Sequence record: OP360892.1
Direction: 5' to 3' (one strand)
DNA: 381 nt
Origin: a phage
In this document: piece by piece, positions 1-381 of the stretch
Layout of the letters: each line of letters opens with the position of its first letter
Position numbering within the stretch: the stretch's first letter is position 1
The notes under the pieces: model-generated
What the model was told of the DNA's origin: nothing
What the model saw: the letters and a program-made list of their open reading frames with translations, nothing else
Database searches by the model: none
Position numbers and translations under genes: made by a program

Positions 1-381
1 TGGTCTGCTGACTGCCGATGTGATGATTTTCGACATTGAAGACGCGATGAACCACTATGACGTGGCTGGCGAGTACTCCAACCAGTTGGGTGAGGCTCTG
101 GCTATCGCTGCTGATGGTGCGGTTCTGGCTGAAATGGCTCTCCTGTGTAACCTCCCGGCTGCATCCAACGAGAACATTGCCGGTCTGGGCACTGCGTCAG
201 TACTTGAAGTTGGTACTAAAGCAGACCTGAACACTCCGGCTAAGCTGGGTGAAGCAATCATCGGTCAACTGACCATTGCTCGCGCGAAGCTGACCTCCAA
301 CTACGTTCCTGCTGGCGACCGTTACTTCTACACCACGCCGGACAACTACTCTGCAATCCTCGCGGCTCTGATGCCCAACGC
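1..381 (+). CDS. 10A: Major capsid protein of a T7-like phage (homolog of T7 gene 10A product; HK97-fold capsid protein); internal fragment, partial at both ends. Codon phase: first full codon at 2-4, last full codon at 377-379.
   Basis: Seen in sequence: the frame starting at position 2 is open for 126 codons with no stop, while + frame 1 hits TGA at 37-39. From memory of T7 gp10A: the translation shares long identical or near-identical blocks, e.g. GLLTADV(M/L)I(F/Y)DIEDAMNHYDV, QLGE(A/S)LA(I/M)AADGAVLAE, NENI(A/E)GLGTA, NYVPA(G/A)DR(Y/V)FY and the identical run YSAILAALMPNA at the 3' end. Codon usage is strongly biased toward preferred codons (CTG Leu, GGT Gly, GCT Ala, AAC Asn, TAC Tyr, CGT/CGC Arg), as expected for a highly expressed capsid gene. 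The gene symbol follows T7 nomenclature by homology only; the source phage is not identified. Confidence 0.93.

Noticed and set aside
47-64. Weak resemblance of ...gaaccactatgacg... to the core of a T7-class promoter (consensus TAATACGACTCACTATAGGGAGA)
   Set aside because: Only a short partial match (CACTAT) is present. The upstream TAATACGACT portion and the downstream GGGAGA are absent, and the site is in the middle of a coding region. It is most likely chance similarity within codons for N-H-Y-D.
55-261. 68-aa ORF on the minus strand from the supplied six-frame track (MIASPSLAGVFRSALVPTSSTDAVPRPAMFSLDAAGRLHRRAISARTAPSAAIARASPNWLEYSPATS)
   Set aside because: It lies entirely antisense to a + strand reading frame with strong homology to a known capsid protein. 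Its Ala/Ser/Arg/Pro-rich, low-complexity composition is what the reverse complement of a GCT/CTG-rich coding sequence produces, and I recognise no homology. It is a shadow ORF.
1-381. Possible programmed -1 ribosomal frameshift, as known for T7 gene 10 (10A/10B)
   Set aside because: In T7 the frameshift site lies at the extreme 3' end of gene 10A, which is downstream of this window. I see no slippery heptamer (X XXY YYZ) followed by a structured region here, and the alternative + frames close quickly with stops.
1-381. Possibility that the sequence comes from a cloning or expression vector carrying T7 gene 10 sequence
   Set aside because: Common T7 expression vectors carry only the gene 10 leader and first ~11 codons (T7 tag). 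This window is internal to the gene (about residues 98-224) and is substantially diverged from T7 at the protein level, so a vector origin is unlikely.
1-381. Any novel defence system, toxin, RNA gene, CRISPR array or mobile-element boundary
   Set aside because: The whole window is accounted for by a single conserved capsid coding frame. There are no direct or inverted repeats of note, no intergenic space and no second credible ORF. Nothing in the sequence supports a novel system.

Overview
The whole 381-nt window is an internal fragment of one protein-coding gene on the + strand. Reading from position 2, there are 126 sense codons with no stop, and no start or stop codon inside the window, so the gene continues past both edges. 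The translation (GLLTADVMIFDIEDAMNHYDVAGEYSNQLGEALAIAADGAVLAEMALLCNLPAASNENIAGLGTASVLEVGTKADLNTPAKLGEAIIGQLTIARAKLTSNYVPAGDRYFYTTPDNYSAILAALMPNA) is recognisably homologous to the major capsid protein of T7-like podophages (T7 gene 10A product, HK97-fold capsid protein), covering roughly residues 98-224 of T7 gp10A by my recollection. It is clearly diverged from T7 itself, so it most likely comes from a related T7-like phage or a metagenomic relative. The only ORF in the supplied track (55..261, minus strand) is an antisense shadow of this gene and is not called. I see no RNA genes, repeats, CRISPR, mobile-element ends or convincing regulatory sites. Despite the prompt, I find no evidence of a novel or undescribed system: this is an ordinary fragment of a well-known structural gene. 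The only point of modest interest is that divergence from T7 is concentrated in the central part of the fragment.
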